From: Psilocybe cubensis
Taxonomy: Eukaryota
Direction of reading: 5' to 3'
Assembly (NCBI GenBank): GCA_017499595.2
Contig: CM038998.1
Location: 3,224,001 to 3,288,000 of the forward strand
DNA length: 64,000 bases
The position numbers and the translations under genes were made by a program. Within the stretch, counting starts at the first letter, position 1; every line of letters starts with the position of its first letter. The notes under the pieces were generated by a model. It had not been told where the DNA came from. It searched no databases and saw only the letters and a program-made list of their open reading frames with translations. Of the stretch, positions 29,311 through 43,626 are shown piece after piece.

Positions 29311-31119
29311 ATGTCGCCGCTTTATGCCATATTTTGCACAATATGTGTCACTGTACTGAAAGAAATGAACACGATCGTCGATGAGCCTTACATGGTGCAA
29401 TTATTTCTGTGACTTGTACTCGTGCAACGCCTATTCATTGACTTGCTGGTTACCTCAAGGACGAGCCTTTCCATATTCCACAGGCTCAGGCGTACTGTCG
29501 CGGGGAATTCTCCTCATGGGACCCTAAGATTACCACTCCACCTGGACTGTAAGTTAGTCACATTCGGTGCTTCTTACATTTGGAAAACAGCAGTTTACAC
29601 TTCTGCAGATACCTGGTCTCCGTGTTCATGAAACGGGTGTTTCTATTCAAATGCAATATCTCCATGTTGAGGCTTACTCCCCTGCTGACTCTGATGGCCC
29701 TACCACTCGCGTTAACGCGTCTGGTCAGTTATCACAAGCGCGAAAGACCGCCAGCTTCCATACTGTCACCCCTTCCGGAAGCCGTTGTAATTGCGACATT
29801 TCCGATAGCGTGGTTCTTTGGCTTTTTGTATTACACGGAAGTTCCAAGCCTTCTCCTCGTTGTATGTACTGTTGTGGCAGCGTTCGAAAATAAACATTGG
29901 CTGGCAGCCTTGGTGTGTTTCCCAAGTTTTCATTATGGCGTTTGAGAGCCTGACGATCAGTAGCTAGGTGCTGTGAGCTGCACCTTCCGACAGACAAACA
30001 TTATATGGGTGCTATATGCATATGCTTCAAGCCAGCTTATGTATTTACGGTTCAGAAGACCAATTTCTGGCAAACCTGCATTAGCCAAATTACATGATCC
30101 ACCTGCCCTTGAAGCTGGCCCCGGTATGTAGGCAAGAGGCCTGTTGCTTCCTTTCATATTAATTTTGCATAATATCCAGGAGACCTGTTACAGTTGGTCA
30201 CGACTGTGCCTAAGGTCTTGCCGGACATCCTGTTTGCATTCATCCCCTACACGTTCGTTCTTGCCATCTTTGGCGCCTTCGTCGTCTGGAATGGTGGGAT
30301 CGTATTGGGTACGTTATTAGGCTTTTCGTTTTCTTTTGGTTTAAGCTTGTTTGTTAGGTGATAAATCGAATCACATACCCTCTTTTCATATACCCCAATT
30401 ATATTATTTTGTTACAGCCGCTACATTCTTTGGATGGCCGACTCTCATTTCTGGCCCAGGGGGTCCAATGGAGTTGTTCTCAAGCCTGCGGGCACGCATG
30501 TTTGGCAGCAAAATGTTTGTGTGTTATAGCTTCTCATTACAATGCTGACCGATGGTGTGTATAGACGTACTTTAATTACGATGGTTCTTTGTGCCATCTT
30601 CTCTGTGACCATTAAGTTATTCACGTCTGTTCTGTTTTGTATCAACAATTGGATTGCGGTTTATTCATATTTCGTTTCAAGGATTCATCACCCCTTCCTG
30701 CTTTCCGATAACAGACACTACACGTTTTATGTGTGGCGTAGAATCTTTATGCTGCATCCTTTGGTCCCTTTTCTGTTGGCTCCTATTTATCTGGCATGTG
30801 GATGGGCATGGTTCTTGCGGATCGGTGGGTCAAAGCATATACTCATTTAGCCAATCAATTAAAACATTTTGTAGGCCGTGAGCAAACACTGATGCAGTCT
30901 TTGGTGTTACCTGTTTGTGTAATCCCAACCCTTCTGCCAACCCCTTTACTGGAGCCACGATATTTTTTGATCCCTTACATACTACTTCGCTCACAAATGA
31001 GCGATACACCAGAATGGGGAATGATCTTGGAAGGAGCATGGTATATAGCTATTAACGCTGTTACAATGGGTGTTTTTTTGTACCTTCCCCGAGAAGGGGT
31101 TGGTCGATTTATGTGGTGA
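29311..31119 (+). CDS. ALG10: Alpha-1,2-glucosyltransferase ALG10/DIE2
   Basis: [78 protein letters not shown]. Confidence 0.92.
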
Positions 31120-31313
31120 TGAGCAAATAGGGACAAACGGAGTCGGGATCGGTTGAGGCTGGAAAAGGAAGGAGTGGCTTTGAACTTGGATTCCACCACC
31201 ACAATTTCGGTTACCGTACTACTTTGTAGGTAACGACGCGTTTTTCATCGACGGCGACGTGCCCCTTTCTTTTTCATCTCATATCTATCAAAACCCTATA
31301 TATTTGTCTTGAA

Positions 31314-33416
31314 ATGCCTGACGATTCTAAATCAAACACAAGTCCAAAGTCGAAGCCGGTCACAAGAAGCTCCATTCGGCAGTCTCTCAATCTAGCATCT
31401 GTTGGTAAAGCTTTTGCAGATGCAATAAGCAAGGATGGGAGGGAGGCTAGTAAAAACGCTAAGAAGATTAAAGATACTTCAAGACGTAACAGCTCCCTCG
31501 TCTCATTACCACCGGCTCCTCGTGCATCCATGGGCGACGCAAGACCATCCTCACAGAATTCAAAGAGAACATCAACCCCAGACTCCAAGCCAATTTCTCG
31601 AAGGCGAGTCTCTACATCTAACCAACGCGCATCTCCAGAGGAGCCATCTCCTAAACCTAGCGAAAGTGCCACCCCACAGCCGATAGCACCTATTACACGC
31701 ACCTCCACTCTCCGTCCCCGGAATATCAATGGCGCCTCTGCGTTGCCAAAGTATCGACCAAAATCTGCCGTTACCGAAATTGTAAAACCACCTTCTCCGA
31801 CAAGGGCTGGCACCCGTCGTCGATTCAGCGCGTCGGACGATGAAAAGAAGGAACAGTTGAAACCGACGCCATCCGTCTCTCCAGCAGAAAAGACCTCACG
31901 CCCAATCAGTCCTCTTCCCCAAAGAGCTGCACTGAAAACGAACCTCACGAACTCTGTCAATGCTACGCCTCCAGCGACTCCATCTAAAACCAAGCTAGCT
32001 ACCCCAGGGTCTGCCAAGGGTTCTCCTTCGAGACCCGCCAAGATCGTCAAAACTACTCAAGCTACCACCACTATTTCTAGGCCACCATCCTCTAGTTCAT
32101 CATCTCTCTTAGCACCTCCAGTTGCTACTTCGTCTATTCTTCCCAAGTCATCCACTCCGAAAGGGTCAACGCCTAAAGCTACAGGCCTCAAGGCCAAACT
32201 TGGATTATCGCGTTCTGCACAAGATAAAGCCAAACTGACTAGTGGTTCAACAAATGTTCATAATCCACCAAGTAGAGATTCGCCTTCGCCACTTGCCCAA
32301 CGTACGAGAAAAAATGTCAAGGCACCTACCCCTGCATCCTCTAGTTTATCTGCACAATCCAGCAACATGTCCCACATCTCAGAGGGCAATAGCGAAGACG
32401 AAGATAGCGACGCTGACGATGTTGCCTTGCTCCTTGCTCCTGTTGCGGCCATTACTGCACCAACACCTGCCATGCCCAAAATAACAACTAGTCGGCAACG
32501 TCTCGTACCACAAACGCCTACTAGGGTCAACCTCCCTTCTCGAGGCAACATGTCATATTCATCTCCTCTCCCACCTGACGCTGGGGAGAAGACATCAGGG
32601 CATCTTAGACCTCCACCGCGCGAAACAGCCAGTCAACGCGCGATGCGCGGGTCAATCATGTCATGGGAACAACTTGCAAATGAGCAATCTGTGTCATTAG
32701 GAGAGGATGAATTCGGACGTATGCTCTCGGAAATACCTGCTCCCTTTCGTTCTGGAGCGGCCTCCCCAAGCTTAAGCTCCCATATTGACATGCCTGAAAG
32801 TCCTTGTTTGAGCGCAATTGATTCTCCTGGCGGATATGGATCGATTTCACAAGTCTTGCTTCCGGAGGTGACTCCCTCTCCGGCGATACACCAAAGTCTC
32901 GCACAAAGCCGATTCAATTTATCCCCAGACACAGCTGCCATGGATGCTTCGACTTTAACACTTCTACGCCTACAATTGGCTGCTGCCGAAAATACGGCAA
33001 AAGAACGCCTGTTTCAGATTCAAGCTATGGAAGAAGAGTTCCACCATATCCAACAAGCGCATAACTTACAAATCGAGGAAATGCGAATGCAAATGCAATA
33101 CATGGAAACTCAATGGCGGGCAAGCGAGGAGCAGAATCCTCCAGTAGCTTTTCTTGAGGAACAAATTCAAAGATTGCGAGATGAAGCAGTTGCTGAGGCG
33201 GTCGCTCGTTGTCAGGAAGATGCCCGTATTGCCACTGGATTTACTATCAAGGCAGAGCAGCTGAAGCAGGAAGCATTGACTTCGGCACGGCTGGCATCTT
33301 CTAGCTGGGAAACATTCCATGAAGCTTGCGACATGGAATTGAGCCTGTTACAGGGGGATAAGGCGTTACTATCGGTTCTTTTAGCACAACTTGACCAGAT
33401 GTGTTACGCTTTTTGA
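31314..33416 (+). CDS. Uncharacterised 700-aa S/P/K/R-rich disordered protein with C-terminal coiled coil
   Basis: Single uninterrupted 700-codon ORF. No family recognised. Confidence 0.75.
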   Translation: MPDDSKSNTSPKSKPVTRSSIRQSLNLASVGKAFADAISKDGREASKNAKKIKDTSRRNSSLVSLPPAPRASMGDARPSSQNSKRTSTPDSKPISRRRVSTSNQRASPEEPSPKPSESATPQPIAPITRTSTLRPRNINGASALPKYRPKSAVTEIVKPPSPTRAGTRRRFSASDDEKKEQLKPTPSVSPAEKTSRPISPLPQRAALKTNLTNSVNATPPATPSKTKLATPGSAKGSPSRPAKIVKTTQATTTISRPPSSSSSSLLAPPVATSSILPKSSTPKGSTPKATGLKAKLGLSRSAQDKAKLTSGSTNVHNPPSRDSPSPLAQRTRKNVKAPTPASSSLSAQSSNMSHISEGNSEDEDSDADDVALLLAPVAAITAPTPAMPKITTSRQRLVPQTPTRVNLPSRGNMSYSSPLPPDAGEKTSGHLRPPPRETASQRAMRGSIMSWEQLANEQSVSLGEDEFGRMLSEIPAPFRSGAASPSLSSHIDMPESPCLSAIDSPGGYGSISQVLLPEVTPSPAIHQSLAQSRFNLSPDTAAMDASTLTLLRLQLAAAENTAKERLFQIQAMEEEFHHIQQAHNLQIEEMRMQMQYMETQWRASEEQNPPVAFLEEQIQRLRDEAVAEAVARCQEDARIATGFTIKAEQLKQEALTSARLASSSWETFHEACDMELSLLQGDKALLSVLLAQLDQMCYAF

Positions 33417-33714
33417 TGACTTTTTTTTTGTTTCTGCGATTTAACTTTTTTTGTTTTGTTTTGAATTGATCAGATTTCAACATGTGGATCGTTTCTTGTT
33501 ACTTCCGATTTTTGTATTTCTAGACTTTTAGACACATTGGCAACATGTGTCATTCACATACCTTATTTAAGTCCATCGTAACTATCTGTAAATGTGGATG
33601 TTGATGATAACAATTATAATGATTTGAAAGCCATGAAATTGTTCCAATGCAAGAAAATACATAAAAGTAGTAATATCATACAGAAGATGGATGAATATGA
33701 ATACTATAATAATA

Positions 33715-36700
33715 TTAGTGATAGACGTCCTGAGCTTCTATGCATGCGTCGAGTAAGCATGCGAAGTTATCCATAGGCGAGGCCTGGCTGAGTCGTGACG
33801 ATAATGCAGTGAGTATCGCCGAACGACTAAAACAAGAAATCAGTTATATATCTTGGAATACAGAGGAGGATGTTAAGCATACTCGATAGGGCCATAAGAG
33901 ACCTCAACATCACAATCCAGAGAGTCAATAGCCATTGGCCATCGAGAAATAGTGTCAAATGAGAATAAAAAAGAGACGACAGCCTTGGCCTTCACAGATG
34001 GGAACATAACCATGACAGAAGCTTTGAACTGTGGTGGTGTAGAGTCTCCATGTTGAACAGAGATCTCCAAGGGAAATTTGACGTTCAGAAGCGTGAGCTG
34101 CAAACGTAGTCGAGCACACGATGACCAGTAATCTGCCAGTCGTTGAACAATCTACCTACAATTAATATGTTTTGTTCAGATGAAAGGTGACGGACACCTA
34201 CCTCGCGAACGGTCATATCGTCGCCTTCCACGATCAGCCGTTTGGCACAGTTCAAGAGGAAGGAACTGAGCTGAGGATAATCATCCTTGTATCTTGTCTC
34301 TGGCTTTCCGTGTCGAGTGATTGTCACTTTCTTGACAATCGGAACAAAATTTTTGCAAGGTATTGAGACTTGAAAAAGAGATGAATACACGTATTCAAAC
34401 AAGTTCGAGTTCACTTTAGTGATGCGACACCTATGGAGGTCTTCTAGGGCTTCTAGTTCGCCTTGTGAAAGAAAACAATGAGGGTCTTGTCAAAAGGATA
34501 GCATTGGGTAAATTACCTTTGAGCCTAAATACCTCCGCACGAGTCGACGTTTGCTTCATCCGCAACACTCGCTCTGCAGTGCTAATCGTTTGCTTGGCTT
34601 CCTGTGTCTGGGTATCGATTTCCTCCAGGCGTTCCTGAAGCCATCTGACCTGATCATTCCCTTCAGCAAGTTCTGCCTTTAGTGACTCAATTTCGATGCT
34701 AAACTAATTAGATCCCGATAGTTTGTTTTAATCAAAGGGGGCTTACTTTTGCTCTGCTATTGTAGCCTTGAGTTCGTTAAGGTAATCTTGATCGCAATCT
34801 TCAATTTCGGCCACTTCAGTCTGCTCCTTTTCCAGTTCACGCATAATGTCTTCGTATTCCTTCTCTAAAGCAGGAATAATACTGGTAATGACTTTCTTGG
34901 GTCCTTCTAACGCTCGGGCGTCCTAGGAAATTTTAGTTCAATAAGATACCGAAGGAGCCATAAATAACATTTACATTTTCCAGCGAAGTGAAGGCACTCT
35001 CTGCCGTCATTCTCAGGCCTTCAACCCATTGTAGTTTCCAGTCGTACCAATCCGATCTCGCTAAGAAGCGCGTATGTGTCCGTATAAGATTAAGTTGTTG
35101 CTTTGAAAAAAAAACATCAGTGTTTGGCTGGTAACGTCGAATATTTTACCCACGAGAAGTTCCGCTTGGCCCTCTTCATCTGCCCTGGCATACTCTACAA
35201 AAAGCTCCGGTGTAACTTTGGCGGCTTCCTCTTCAGTCTGCGCGAATACTGCTTTGCTTTTTTCCATCCAACCTTCTAAATCCTTTGACACTCTCGAATA
35301 GAGATCAAGCTGAGGAATATCAATAGCCATCGCAGTAAAATACTCGGCCAATGGAATTTCTGTGGTATTTCGAGGTTGTCGAATTGGTTGTTGTGAAGGA
35401 TGCATTGATCGTCTGGGAGCAGTCAATTCGTCCATGAATTTGACTCCAGTCATTGCAAAAAACTGTGTAACAGATATTGAGGGCTAGCACGAAGATTGTC
35501 AGTAAACTCAGAGACATATATCAGTAGTATATCCTACCACTTCTTCGTTCTCCTCTTCATATTCTGTCTGTTCAACACCTTCGCGCCAGTGTTGCGTAGA
35601 GTCTCTATCAATTTGCATTTTCGGTATCGGAAATTGGGTTTCCATGTTAGGTACCACGAGAGCTGGGTTGTTCTGTATTTCTGGTGAGGGATCTCTGGAC
35701 TCAATCACTGCAGTGGATTGGATGGACCCTGGAGAACTCTGGGCGGAATGTGTGGTATTAGGCTGCTCCACGTCTTCCTGCCTAACATCACCTGCTTCTG
35801 CAATCCTGTCTATAGATACCACGTTTGACGTTCCTACGACTTTAGCAGCGTCAAATCCAACTTCCCTGTTGAATCGCGTCCAAGCATCAGGAGGTGCCGA
35901 GCCCATACTCGCTCGGGCATGTGTAGAGCTATTTTGCGACGAGTTACCAGTGTTCAAGAAATCTTTGGTCGTTGAGGACTGCTCGAACCCAACAGCCAAA
36001 CTCTTTCTTTTAGCAAAATATCCAGAGGGTCTCCTCAGTGCAGTAGATGGACGAGATGGTGGCTCAGCTGCGGCGGTCGATGTCGAGAATGATCCTTTCT
36101 TGATAGGCGAAAGCAATTGGGAAGAGTCAGCTTCAGTAGCAGATGATGAAGGCAAACTCGAAGAATTTTTGCTCGATTGAGAAGTGACGGTAGAAAGGTC
36201 TTTTGTCAAGGCTTGTCGTTTGGCTGGGCTGGGTTGGTCACACTCATAAATATCATTCTCATCCTGTGGAGAAGAACGCGTTCGCTTAACGGCTGGGCTT
36301 GGTGAAGTTGCTACCTTTTTGGGTGACTTTCTAGCGACAGGAGGGGCGAAAGCGGCTGAAAATGTGGGTTTAGGCTTCAGTTTCGAGGCATCACTTGACT
36401 TGGTAGGAGAAGGGGCTCTAGGAGTGAAAGAAAATGGGACGGAGGGCTTCGCTGATGGTGCGGAGATCTCAATTGAAGGTTTTGGTTTGGGGTCCTGGCG
36501 CGGTGGTTGGAATACAGACGATAATGTGAGTTTTCCGGTGACGTTTTCAGAAGAGGATGAGGAGGACTGAGGAACAAGAGAATCACGCGAAACTGGCGCT
36601 ACAATATCGCCATAAATTTCGGATTCGTCCATATTAGAGTCTTGGTATCCTAAACTTATACGTGAATTGCGAGCAAGGCTAGCTCGGCCCATGACTACAC

Positions 36701-37885
36701 TGAGATTTAATGTTTTGTTCCCTTCTTCCGGATTGTCGTCCATGTCCAAACTATCTTCTGTACTGGTAAATGTATCATCTTGACCATGACTTGCTTGTTG
36801 CTCTGCTTTTTGAGAGGCTGGCAAAGAATCGCGGGCACGTCTTAATCGTTCCATAGCATCGTCCAAGTTCATATCCCCTTCCTGTGTCATTTCATCCTCT
36901 GAACTGAGCTCGGGTTCAGAAGGATTATTGCCTGAATGTGTCATCTGTTTGAGTGCAAGCCAAGCTTCATCTTTCTCTGCTGGCTTTAGCGACTGTCCGA
37001 GAGGTATCGTAAATTCCATTGCCATCGACTGTTCGGATTGCTCAGATGTCGCTTCTGACTGAAAGGATTCATTTGCATTATCCGAACGCGTTTCGTCTGC
37101 TTCGTTGAATTGCTGCTGCGAAGGTGACTGCAGCTGAGAAAGAGGTCGACGGCCAGCAATTGAAAGAGAGTGCTTTCGGGCAAAGTCTCCACGTATCGCT
37201 TCAGTCACATCCATATCCGCGTCTTCATAGTCCTCATCTTCTTCGTAATCAAACTCTTCATCAAGAATGGCTGTCCCTCTAGCGGCCATCCCTCCAGGGA
37301 TAACTGCAGTTATATCCATATCCTCGCTTCCGGCTACAGAATAACGGATAGAGCTACGCCTTCTCCGAGACGTTTGGCCAGGATAATCGTTTTCGTTCGA
37401 GATATTTTGTGCCTGAGATGGTTCCGGTGAGGCTGGATCCGAGCTGGGAGTAGAAGATTCGTTGGTGTTATTTGTTTCAAACATGCGGACATGTGAATGA
37501 GCAGCGAAGCTAACGCGTCTACCTAATGATTTGCGGGTAGTATTGTCATGCGTTATATCCATCGACCGGGTGATGCTAGAGTCATCTCCAGTTGACGAAG
37601 GCTGCTGGTTCGTGGGTTGAGAGGACGAGTCGACATTCAGGGTGTTGATAGAAGCTTTAAGAATACTCTTCCGCGGAGCCTAGTTCGATGGAGTGTCAGA
37701 ATAACAGACCATACGCGTTGAACAATACATACAAGAGAGCGTCGTGCCTTGGCCAATGGGCTCAGCGTGGCACCTGGAACTATACTATGTGCTCGCCGTC
37801 TACCCTTCGGCACAAGTGAAGGCAAGTTCTGGTTTGGTACCGCGATGGACCGCCGGCGGTTGGGAGATACTTTCTTTGGCGCCAT
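33715..37885 (-). CDS. SPC105: Kinetochore scaffold Spc7/Spc105/KNL1
   Basis: N-terminal SILK and RRVSF PP1-docking motifs, MELT-like MDIT/MDVT/MEFT repeats, and a C-terminal Spc7 domain (FFAMTGVKFMDE, WYDWKLQW). Confidence 0.88.
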
Positions 37886-38376
37886 GTTATACCCTACAGA
37901 GACCTATACACGTCAGAGGGAGATAAAAAGCAAGAAATAAACAGAGATCCAGATAGATGCAGGGGGGAATGTGGAAAGTGGCAAATAAACAGACGCGTTG
38001 AATTGTCGTCGATATCGCGGGTGCAATTGATTATATCACGTGATGTAGTGGAAACTAGATATCTTCGAATACAATTTAAACATTGTGTTAATAACGTATG
38101 AGTATAAGATTCCAGGTGGGTTATAAAGTCTCCAAAAATGTTTATTGAGATTCACACAGAAAAGCGTTGTCAAAATCCGCATTTTCTGATTATTTGGTCT
38201 ACTGCATCTCCTAACTAAACGCCGTCATGTGATTATAGACGCGTTCATCACGCGCATGTTCGTCCCGCGTTACGGCCATCATTTCCTGATTGAGAAATTA
38301 CTACATGCCAGAAAGATAGAGTGACTGTGCCACCGATTCAACTTTCATCGTTTCTCATTCACAACATCCTTCCACT

Positions 38377-41300
38377 ATGTCGGGTAAACAAACAGCGACG
38401 AGGGCATCAGCAAGAACCAAAGCTACAGCAACAGCAACAGCAACTGTCATTCCAATTGCGACGAGAACAACTAGGGCACGGACTGCCACTGGCAAGAATG
38501 CTGCGCTAGTTGTTGCCGACGCATCAGCAATTCCAGCACCCGTCAAAAAGACTGCCGGAAGAAAGCCTCTCACGAGCAAGGACAACTCCCTTGATATTCC
38601 TGCACCTACTACCAAATCTAAAGCAAAGGTTGCTCCTCCTGTTCGAAAGGGAAAGTCAGCAAATGAGGATTCTGAAAGGGAACCTATCATGGTGAGCTTC
38701 ATTTTGTGGCGTAAAGTTCACTACAGTTAGCTTTGTCAAGGCATTCCTTCGTATAAGGCCACGCATGGGAGAGGAAGGGCCAGCAGCGTCACCTTATTTG
38801 ACCCCACTATCAGACACAACTGTGAATATGACAGATCCCCATGACTCTCAAAGTGGTCGCTCCAAATATCGATTTTCTACAGTGACTCCTTCGTCGCTGT
38901 ACACATTTTCTCATGTGTTTCCTCCAAATACCACACAGTCTGAATTCTTCACCAAAACCACGCTCCCCCTCGTGAAGGACGTCTTGGTTGGTCAAAACGG
39001 CCTTTTGTTTACTTACGGTGTCACGAATTCTGGTAAGACGTACACTGTGCAAGGCGGAGAAGATAAAGGAGCTGCAGGCATCTTACCCAGATCTTTGGAT
39101 GTCATCTTTAATAGTATTGAAGGGTTGCATGGTGATGGACGTGTAAGTTAAGATATTGCATTGACACAACAAGTTCTCATGGATTTCTTAATCTCAGTAC
39201 CGACCCGTTCGCTTGCATGGGGTAGAACTGTCCGATGATCTTGATTCGACGGCGCCGCCAATTATGCCTGAGCCTGCTTTAGCCGATGTTCTGGGATCCT
39301 TCGACACATATGACACGGAGTTTGATATTGACCCGACAGTCATCTCGGTGGATCGCAACCATGAGTATACGATCTGGATTTCTTATGCAGAAGTATACAA
39401 CGAGAAGGTATACGATCTCCTAGCCTCTGTCAAAGATGAAACCAATGCACCCCCCGATGGCGGACGCCCACGACCAACCGGAGGAAAATCTCTTTTTCTA
39501 ACAAGACAAGCTTTACCTTTGAGGCCATCCCCAGCCTCCGATTCAGCTGATACCGATGTTGGTGGAAAATATATTGCCGGTCTTCGTCAGTTCCGCGTTC
39601 ATAGTGCTGCACAAGCGAAGGCACTTGTCAAACTTGGCCAATTGCATCGTCGTGTCTTTGGCACATTGGCAAACAGTGAGAGCAGCAGAAGTCATGGGAT
39701 GGTCATCATCAAGGTTGTGAGAGGTCATAGAGGCGAACGAAATGTATTTCTTCCCATTTTACGAAAACAGTATGAAGAACTGAATTGAAAATAAATCAGG
39801 ACCCAACTTCACTGCAAATTTCCAGACTAACTCTCGTCGACCTTGCAGGGTCTGAACGCACAAAACATACCCACACAACAGGTGATAGGCTCAAGGAAGC
39901 AGGGAACATCAATAAATCTCTCATGGTCCTTGGACAATGCATGGAAGTCATGCGTTCTAACCAGCGGAAAATCGCAATGAGTCTCTCCAGCGACTCACTC
40001 AAAGAAGGGCGTGTCGATACAAGAGATGTCAAAAAAGGCTTGGCCGTTGTCCCTTTCAGACACAGTAAACTGACTGAAGTGTTAATGGATTACTTCGTGG
40101 GAGACGGTAGGACGGTATGTGGAACTGGTCATAGGACAAATAAAGGCATTCTAACCCTCTCGCTTGATTAGGTTATGATTGTTAATGTCAATCCATACGA
40201 TACCGGTTACGACGAGAACTCGCATGTAATGAAGTTTGCCGCTCTTGCAAGAGAAGTTTACGTTACACCAGCACCAGCACCTCTCCAGAGAGTGCCTGCA
40301 ATAGGCCCAGGTGCTATGCATGGCAAGAAAATAAAGAGTTTAGGACCTCTCACCCTGAGTGATCCCGATATTGCCCCTCGTCCATTCACAAGAAAGGTTA
40401 CTATTTCAATGAATGGTCCCGAACATGGTAAAAAGCCTGTGGAAGCCATCCTCGAAGTCCGCGAAGGTGCTTAGAATGTTTATGTTAACAAATACATAGC
40501 TGATTATATATTTGCAGATGATGAACCGCATGAAGAAATCAATAAAGACCAGGATGATGATGAGGACTATCCTATCAATCCCTTAGTCGATGCCCTATTT
40601 GATGAAGTGGAACATCTTCGCCTTCAGGTATGTCGCATTTTACCGATACTAGTTTTTTAATAATATCTCACTGTTTTACATCAGCTTTTCGAATCTGAGA
40701 TGAGATGCGCTCTCATTGAAGCCGAAACACGCGAAGAAGTGATGAGAGAAATGGAGGAACGAATGAGGATGATGGAAGAAATGTACTCCAGGAGATTGAT
40801 GAGCGAAGTGAGTGATTGTCAATCCAGTTTACATTCCCTTCTGACGGGAAAAACTGTAGCTAGAACGAAATGAACAAAAGACAGATGCTAAGATTGACAT
40901 GCTACACCAATCTGGCTTGTTCGGTAGCCCGACGAAACCCTCGCGCTATATTCCTGTGGATGAAGACCTCTCCGAAGAGGAGGATGTAGAAATGAGTTTG
41001 GCAAGTAATCTGCTTTTCTCTATGTATTATTGAGCACTTATCAAAAATGCAAGGTTGAATATGGTGAAGAAGAGCCTTCGGACGATGAAAATGATGATCG
41101 TTCAATGTCACAATCGCCTCTTGCGGCGAAGACAAATAAATTACCAAGGAAATCTAGTGTCGCCCCTCGACCTATTATTGAAAAACGGGCTTTTGTTCCT
41201 GACCCTCCTATGCTGCCTTCAGATACTGAGGATGCACAGCTGACTGAAACCGAAGAGAGTGATGGAGAGACGCCAAGTGCAGCTCCTTCACACACTACTA

Positions 41301-41791
41301 CAGCAACCAAGTCAAATCTGGATGATGAGGGCGATGACGATGACGATTATACTGAAGAGGAGGGGGATGAGGATGAATGGGAGCCCCCAACTAAGAGGCA
41401 GAAAGAAACGAAACCTCCCTCTCCCCGTGTATCTCCTCCAGCCTCTTCAAATCGACCTAGAATCTCCAAATTAACGAAAGGCGTAAACAAATTACAAATC
41501 AACGACCAATCCGCTGGTAACCTCCTCTGCTTTTTCCATTCAAACAAAACATTGATTATCTTTTTTGTCTCACAGATTCTGATGAGGATGACGAATTGTC
41601 ACGTCCTGTGGTGAAAAAGAAAAAAAGGAAAGCCAATGCTCAATTTTTATATGCACCACCATTTACTTTTTATCCACCACAGAATAATCTCCAGTAAAAC
41701 TGTCATGACAGAAGAAGACATCGAAAGGGAAGCATCTAATGCAGAGAAACAGATAGCACGAGGGGGTACAATGCGTCGTTTCGGCAAGTAG
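38377..41791 (+). CDS. Kinesin-6 family (MKLP/KIF20/Klp9-like) motor
   Basis: AFLRIRP, P-loop YGVTNSGKT, EVYNEKVYDLL, NSESSRSH, VDLAGSER, VPFRHSKLT. A long insertion follows the P-loop helix, as in kinesin-6. Confidence 0.88.
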
Positions 41792-42145
41792 TTGCAGTCA
41801 AGACACTTGAATTTACTCGGTTATTACTGTTCGATGTTATCTTTCTGTCATTTGCAATGTTGTTTGGATTTTAGCCAAACTAGTTTAACTTGTAATGCTC
41901 CGAGAACTCTCTAAGTACTCAAATGACGCGGCCTGAGGAAGTTAGTAAGTTACAATTTGCATGTAAAAGGTTGGTTGTGTGAACTGCGAGAGGGTGCGTG
42001 GGGCTCACGCGTCGCCATCAGTGCGACCAAATAACACGTCAACAACGCCGTTAATTGGACCGTCAAATATTCGGCACCTGCCACTAGCTACTTAGAACTC
42101 AGTGCTCGACCCTGAGCTACGGAATTCATTTCTCTTCTCGCCAAA

Positions 42146-43626
42146 ATGCCGAAAGACACCAGCAAAGGGGACACCCAAGCTTCAAGTGTACCAGACGTGT
42201 TAGCTGTCGAATCCACTGTCACTGTTGAACGAAATACTTCGGCGCGTAGTGCCACAAAGGCCTCAACACTAACTGAATTGTGGGGGAAGAAGACGACGGA
42301 AACGACTAAAACTGCAACGAACGCAACTACGAAAACTAAAAAGGCCGCAGCATCTACAAAGTGAGCCTTTGTTAAAAGCCGCCCTTGTATATTGCCTCAC
42401 TTTTTCCATCCATCCTTTAGGAATCCCTCCGCTGAAGAAGCTCAGTCTAATGGCTCTACAAACCCACCATCCTCTTCCACAGGCGGTCCCTCGAAAACAT
42501 TGGTTGCTCTCACTCGAGCTATTCTAGACTCCCTGGAAAAAGATACGATGGAGGAATCATGGCGCAACGTTCTTGCTGCTGAGTTTCAGAAGTCCTATTT
42601 CACCGCAGTGAGTTTTCCGTAAAATTAAAGGGAGAAAAACGGTTTTTCACCCATGCGTAGCTGAAAAAATTCCTTCTAACCGAGTGTACTTCCTACACTG
42701 TATACCCAAGCGGTAACAAATGATTATACACATGATTGATTTAGGACTAATACAGTTTGACAGTGGACAACATCTATTCGTGGTCCCGATTGACACCTCT
42801 CGACCGAGTCAAGGTCGTTATACTGGGACAGGTTAGCCAATGCCATTAAAATGTGTGTATATTTCCTTAAGCAATTGTGTTCAGGATCCATATCATGATG
42901 TAGGGCAGGCTCATGGTAATTTATTTGAAATCTTTGTCTCTATGAAATTAAAACCATCCCCAGGCCTATCATTTTCGGTGCTTGCTCCCACAAAACCACC
43001 CCCATCATTAAAAAACATATACAAGCAGTTAGAGGCTGACTTTCCTGGATTTAAAACTCCAAAATCTGGGTAAACCTGATTCATGTTGCCAACTTGATAA
43101 AAAAAATTGAACCCAACTTCCTCTTGTTTTTTGATAGGGACCTAACGCCTATAGCCAAACAAGGTGTTTTATGGCTCAACACCAGTTTGACTGTTCGCGC
43201 ACACAATGCCGGATCGCATGCAAAGAAAGGATGGGAAATCTTTACCACTCAAGTAATCCGCGCAGTCCTTAATCGTAAAAATGTCAAGCAAGGTGTCGTT
43301 TTCATGGCCTGGGGTTTACCGGCTCAGAAGACATTTACCTCTATTGGTATAGACCAAGTGCGTAGTTTTTGTCCGGTTTAACACTGGTCGATTCTAACAA
43401 TGGTATAGACAAAGCACCTTCTGCTTCAGTATGTTTATTCTGCACCGCGAAATATATTAACAGCACCATTCATATGTTTCTACTTAGGTCTGCCCACCCT
43501 TCCCCTCTTTCCGCTCACAGAGGATTCCTTGGAAATGAACACTTCCGTAAAGCAAACGAATGGCTGAACGAGAAGTACGGGAAAGAGGCTGAAATCGACT
43601 GGATGGTACTGTCCTCAAATTTATAA
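42146..43626 (+). CDS. UNG1: Uracil-DNA glycosylase (family 1)
   Basis: [41 protein letters not shown]. Confidence 0.93.

Noticed and set aside
31274-32050. 258-aa minus-strand ORF
   Set aside because: Antisense shadow of the 700-aa S/P-rich ORF.
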